From Trichodelitschia bisporula (lineage: Eukaryota), in assembly GCA_010356995.1 (NCBI GenBank), contig ML996696.1, forward strand, positions 374,364 through 438,363: a stretch of 64,000 bases of DNA. Reading direction: 5' to 3'. The position numbers and the translations under genes were made by a program. The notes under the pieces are model-generated. The model ran no database searches. It was not told where the DNA came from and saw nothing but the letters and a program-made list of their open reading frames with translations. Positions 59,642 through 64,000 of this stretch are shown here, piece after piece. Positions within the stretch are counted from its first letter, which is position 1. The number at the start of each line of letters is the position of its first letter.

Positions 59642-62600
59642 CTACGCCGTCTTCTCACCCTCCTCACCTTTCCCCTCCTCCAATCCCCGACAAACAATGC
59701 ATCCATCTCCAAGCGCCTGCCTCAACACATGCGCATACGCCACCTTAGCACCTACACTCCGTCCACCACCCATCCCATCATCAAACCCGCCCACCAAACT
59801 CGTAGCCGCACTATCGCGCAACCGCGCCGCCGCACGCCCAGCCGACGAATCCGGCTCCTCGCTCATGACCGCGTCGAGCAGGCAATCAAGATGGAAAACA
59901 TGCGAGCAGGAGAAGCCCACAAGCGTATGTGCTTCTACCATATGTTAGCCTCGTCACCCGAGAACAGACTCGGGAAAACTCACCCTCCTCGCGAAACACC
60001 TTGCCACACCCCGCGCAGTGTCCCGGCTTGATATCCGTCCTCCCCAGCCGGTGTACATGTCCGCTCTTCGAGCGCGACAGCGCACCCACCGGCTCGACGG
60101 AAATCCCCACACCCGGCGGTGGATCCTCGTGCACGACCTCAAACTTGACAGCGAGCGCGCGGCCCTTCCGCAGAGTCTCCATGCCATCCGCGACCTCGCC
60201 CCGCAGCACGCGGGCCACGCCCTCGCTGATGCTCGCCTGGATCTCAAACTCGCGCACCAGACGACGAATTCCCTCCCTTAGGCCCTCAATCTCCAGACCC
60301 AGCGGAATGCGCCGTACAAGCTGCACCGGATCAACAGCCGTGCCCGCCATTTCAAGCAAGCCGCGAATAAACCTTGGCTTGTCCATCGCATAGTCAAGCA
60401 GATCGGACCAGAGATCCTTATCATCCTGCTCCTTGGCGAAAGAGATGGCGAACCCCACGTCATCGAGCCGGTTGATGATCAGCGCAAGCGCGCGCTTCGT
60501 CTCACCCGTCTGTGAGAGCACGTACACTAGCTCGGGGTAGAACTCGCGCGCTTCACAGGCCGCCGCTGCTTGGTCGAGGCTGTACGCTCGGCTTGCGCGG
60601 AGATATTCCATTAGCAGCTCGCGGTCAAAGTCCGCGAAGAGTGTGACGGCCAAATCCGCATGTGCATCGACCGCCGCCCGGCCCTCAGACTCCAGCGCGC
60701 CCATTGCCGCACGCGCATGGTGGCGCAGCTTCTTCGGGAGCTGGGGGACAGATCCCTGGCCGCGCCACAGGGCTCGCAGATAGAGAAACAGGAAAGGGCG
60801 CAGGGCGGCATCAGTTTTCAGCTTGTCAACGACAGCGCTGGAAGGCACGGAGCCCTGGTATGCGGCGTCGACGAGGAGTGTGATGGATTCGGCGGCTGCT
60901 TCTTCAAGGTCTGGGAGCGCAGTTTGCGAGAGCTGGTCACGAGGAACGCGCAGGGTAAGGATGCCGGGGATGTCGTCAATGACAGACGGGAGGAGGTGGA
61001 ATTCACGCAAGAGAGTGAGGGCCGAGTCCGCATTTTGCAGGCGCACATAGCAGTGGAGGGCGTCTTTGGGCTTATCGTCGGCAAGAAGGAGTTTGGCTAG
61101 AGTCTCCATAAGGATGCGCCAGTCGCGTCCCTGTTCGCCGTCCTCAACTGTGTCGGCCCGGATGTCGTTCCTGGCTAACCGGTCCTCTATCGCCGTCGTC
61201 ACGGCACCAATGTCGAACAGCTCCGTGTCCCATGCATCCAGCAGTGTCTTAAGTCGTGTGCGGTCCCGGTAAATGTAGTACCCGAGGACAAGCTCGTAAG
61301 CACTCTGCGGAATAGGCGGACGGATGCGCTTCGCCGGCATGTAGGGCGCGATGTCGTCGAAGCGGCCTGCATTCGCAAATCGCGTAATCCAGCGCTCCCA
61401 GTTCTCGCTCACACCCAGTACGCGCCCAGCAACTGGGCCAGCCGTAGCCCAGTCCTCGGCGTTGACCAACTGCTGCAGCCACAGCTCGCCGATGCGCCTC
61501 TTCTCTCGCTCAACCGAGGAGTACTGGTCTCGTGAGGACGGTGCGAGCGTAGACTTCGCGTCGGTGAAGAAGTCTTCAAGAGTCTCTCCGGGCCGCGTCG
61601 GGGTAGCGGGGCCCTCCTCCGCCGACTCGCGCTCATGTGTCGAGCTTACAATCTCCGGATGCTCATCAACCAGCTTCCAAGCCGCTTCGTAACTTTCGTG
61701 CTCCAGCAGCCACGCTAGGTGGTCAGATAAGTCGCGTTTAACAGCAAGCACACAGTCGTATGGGCTGTGAATGAAGACCTTGAGACCCGGTTTAGCGACC
61801 GTGGGATTAGCCTCTGCGATCTGGGATATCTGTGAGCTCTTCAAAGTAGAACCCCCAAGCGTCGGCGACATGACCGTTCCCCCGCCGCTGCCGGTGGCAC
61901 TTTTCGTGCTCGCACCAGAGCTAAATATGCGAGTAGCACTGAGGCTCATGTCCCATAGGCCGCCGCTGAGCGCCTCGAAGGCACCGCGCTGCGCCGGGGT
62001 AGGCTGCGGTGCCGGGAACACATTTACTGTACCGAGATGATAATCGGCGGCGGACAGGCTCTCAAAACTTTTCATGGTGAGAGTGTCGACCTCCACCTCT
62101 TCCTTGGTGTGGACATTGATGAGGCGTAGCTCCGGCGGGAGGCCATTCCGGCGGCGGGGCAGACCGCGTCGCGGGGTAGTGTTGGTGGGGACGGGATTGT
62201 CGTTTTCGTCGTGGGTAAGATGGGCGAGGACAAGAAGCAAAGATGGGGTATAAAGCGACAAGCCAGATATGATACAGTCATCAAAACGCAAACTGCCCGG
62301 CGGTTAGCTTCAACCTCAAGCAAGACCAGGAACTCACAGATGTAAAATGGTCGCGGTCGCGGCCACGCGCTCCCCAGCAGCCTTCCCAATGCCAGGGCCC
62401 TCGGGCGTAACACTGAGCACCCAGGCCGTGTCGCCCCAGCCAACGACGAGCTTCTCGACACGCTTCTTGCTCGTACCGTTCTCCGTGCCCGACTGACCTT
62501 GCGTACGGCCGTTAGCCGGCACATCTTCATCAGCCTCGAGGTTCTTGTCGTCAATCCACTCGACATGCGCCTTCCACGCCGCCGCCATGTCCTCCCACTG

Positions 62601-63711
62601 GTCGCGGGACGGCCGGTCGACATGCGCCACGCGTTTCCACGCGCGGTCCGCGTCCGCGCTTTCGAGGCGCAGGTTCGATCGCATGATTTTGAAGCCTTGC
62701 TCATTGACCCAGACCACAAAGCGTCCGCTCAGTGACCACTTGATAGTGTTGATGGCGCCCTCGCCCGAGTGTAGCACAGTGTCGCGTCCCGTGTTCGCCA
62801 TGAGCCCTATCGAGCTTAGCCACCCCGATGCCGCGGCTGCAGTACTGTTTATGTTCGCATTCGCGCTGACGCCGCTCTTCCCACCCGTCGTCAGAATCAA
62901 GTTTCCGTCCTTGTCGCCGGAGAGGAAACTCCGGTCGGACTTGTACTCGGGTGACAAGGCGACGGCGTTGAGGCGGCGACCAAAGTTCCGCAGCTGCACA
63001 TCTTTTGGATCGACAAGCGAGGAGACACACACGTGTCCGTCCATGGATGAAGTCGCGATGAAGATGGAGTTTGAGGGTGTGGGCGGTACGGGCGCAAGCG
63101 CTTGCCGGGCAGGGCGCGAGGGACTGGCTCCCGAAGCCACCGACCCAGATCTCGAGGGGGAGCTCGTCGGAGCTTCGTTGGACGGTCGCGCAACTACATC
63201 TAGTCGGCCTGTGGGACGGGGCGGCGGAAATGGTGAAATGGAGACGGCGGTTACGGAGGCGGAGTGAGCATGGTAGGCGCGAAGAGGTTGGAACGTCGGG
63301 AGGGAAAGGACACTCTAGAGCACGCGTTAGACCACTTCAATCAGCAAGTAAAGCTCGTACAATATTGCCATTATCCGTGCCCAAGATCTACTAGACTTAG
63401 CATCCGTGCCTCTCGCTATGCGCGCGGCGCCATACCATCTTGTCGCCGGCGACGAGGAAGGCGCTCGTCATATCACCGCCGCGGTACACGCTCCCCAAGC
63501 TGGCCGTGAGGCGCATATACTTGAGCTTCGGCTCTTCATCCTCGGTCTCGCCATCGTCTGTGGTGTCATCAGCTGTCTGTGAGGGTGCAGCAGGCGTAAC
63601 GGTAGATGTGGAGGTAGGCGTGACTGAGGTGGCCGAGGGAACCTCTCGTGAGGGCTTTGGAGGCGGCGTGCGTGGCTCATCGGCCTGCTCGTCCTCCGGT
63701 TCAGCTCTCAT
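59642..63711 (-). CDS. VPS41: HOPS complex subunit Vps41 (WD40, clathrin repeat, C-terminal RING-like)
   Basis: EEPKLKYMRL, IATSSMDGHVCV, AVALSPEYKSDRSFLSG, LHSGEGAINTIKW, SPYDCVLA, AISFAKEQDDKDLWSDLL, RRIPLGLEIEGLR, CAGC..CSHVFHLDC..CIVC. Multi-exon; start approximate. Confidence 0.93.
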
Positions 63712-64000
63712 GCCGTTTGAGAGACACGCGGAGGAGATAACAGTGTTGCAGGTAGTCGACTGGTGTTGATTGCTGGTTTTAGAGTACAGTAGGTGTTGGC
63801 GGGAGAAGTTGGCGCTCGACGTGTGTCCGTGTGGCGCTAGTTGTGGCTGGTGAATGCAACTGACGACAGAGGGCGCAGTTCACGAGAGAAAGTTCAACAC
63901 CAACCATCTGAGCATCGTTAAACCTCTTTCCGGCAATTCGGCGAAAATAATGGTCACCATTCCCTCACATCCCACGGAGCGTTACAGATAGGAAGAAGAT

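Noticed and set aside
1..64000. Transposons, RIP-degraded AT-rich blocks, tRNA/rRNA, secondary-metabolite cluster, horizontally acquired prokaryotic island
   Set aside because: No transposase/RT motifs, terminal repeats, cloverleafs, PKS/NRPS or operon-like segments recognised by eye; small ncRNAs could be missed without a covariance-model search.

Overview
Eukaryotic, intron-containing DNA from a filamentous ascomycete (Pezizomycotina; a Dothideomycete is plausible but cannot be established from this window). Evidence: short GT..AG introns with CTRAC branch points, a Zn2Cys6 factor and GPI cell-wall proteins. About 21 protein genes can be built by hand. In order: an orphan ORF overlapping GRH1, GRH1/TGS1 (head-to-head), an AhpD/CMD-like protein, an acidic 60-bp-repeat gene with an internal stop, a ~1966-aa secreted Pro/Ser/Gly/Thr repeat protein, a 3-KH RNA-binding protein, a CENP-K-like protein, a CP2/Grainyhead transcription factor between two gene-poor stretches, a coiled-coil hypothetical, RPL29, two divergent GPI-type wall proteins and a small membrane ORF. 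A dense block follows: RPS20<>CUE3, PIMT, rhomboid RBD2<>GAA1, RPN9<>NDUFA9, a Zn2Cys6 TF, then VPS41. No tRNA, rRNA, transposon or CRISPR feature was recognised; there is one 15-N gap. Most notable: (i) RPS20/uS10 shares a ~350-bp divergent promoter with CUE3, the known reader of ubiquitinated uS10; (ii) a candidate CUG-initiated mitochondrial presequence on PIMT; (iii) two unusual repeat-built surface proteins; (iv) a possible tail-to-tail coding overlap with GRH1. All family calls are from motif recognition by eye, with no database search.
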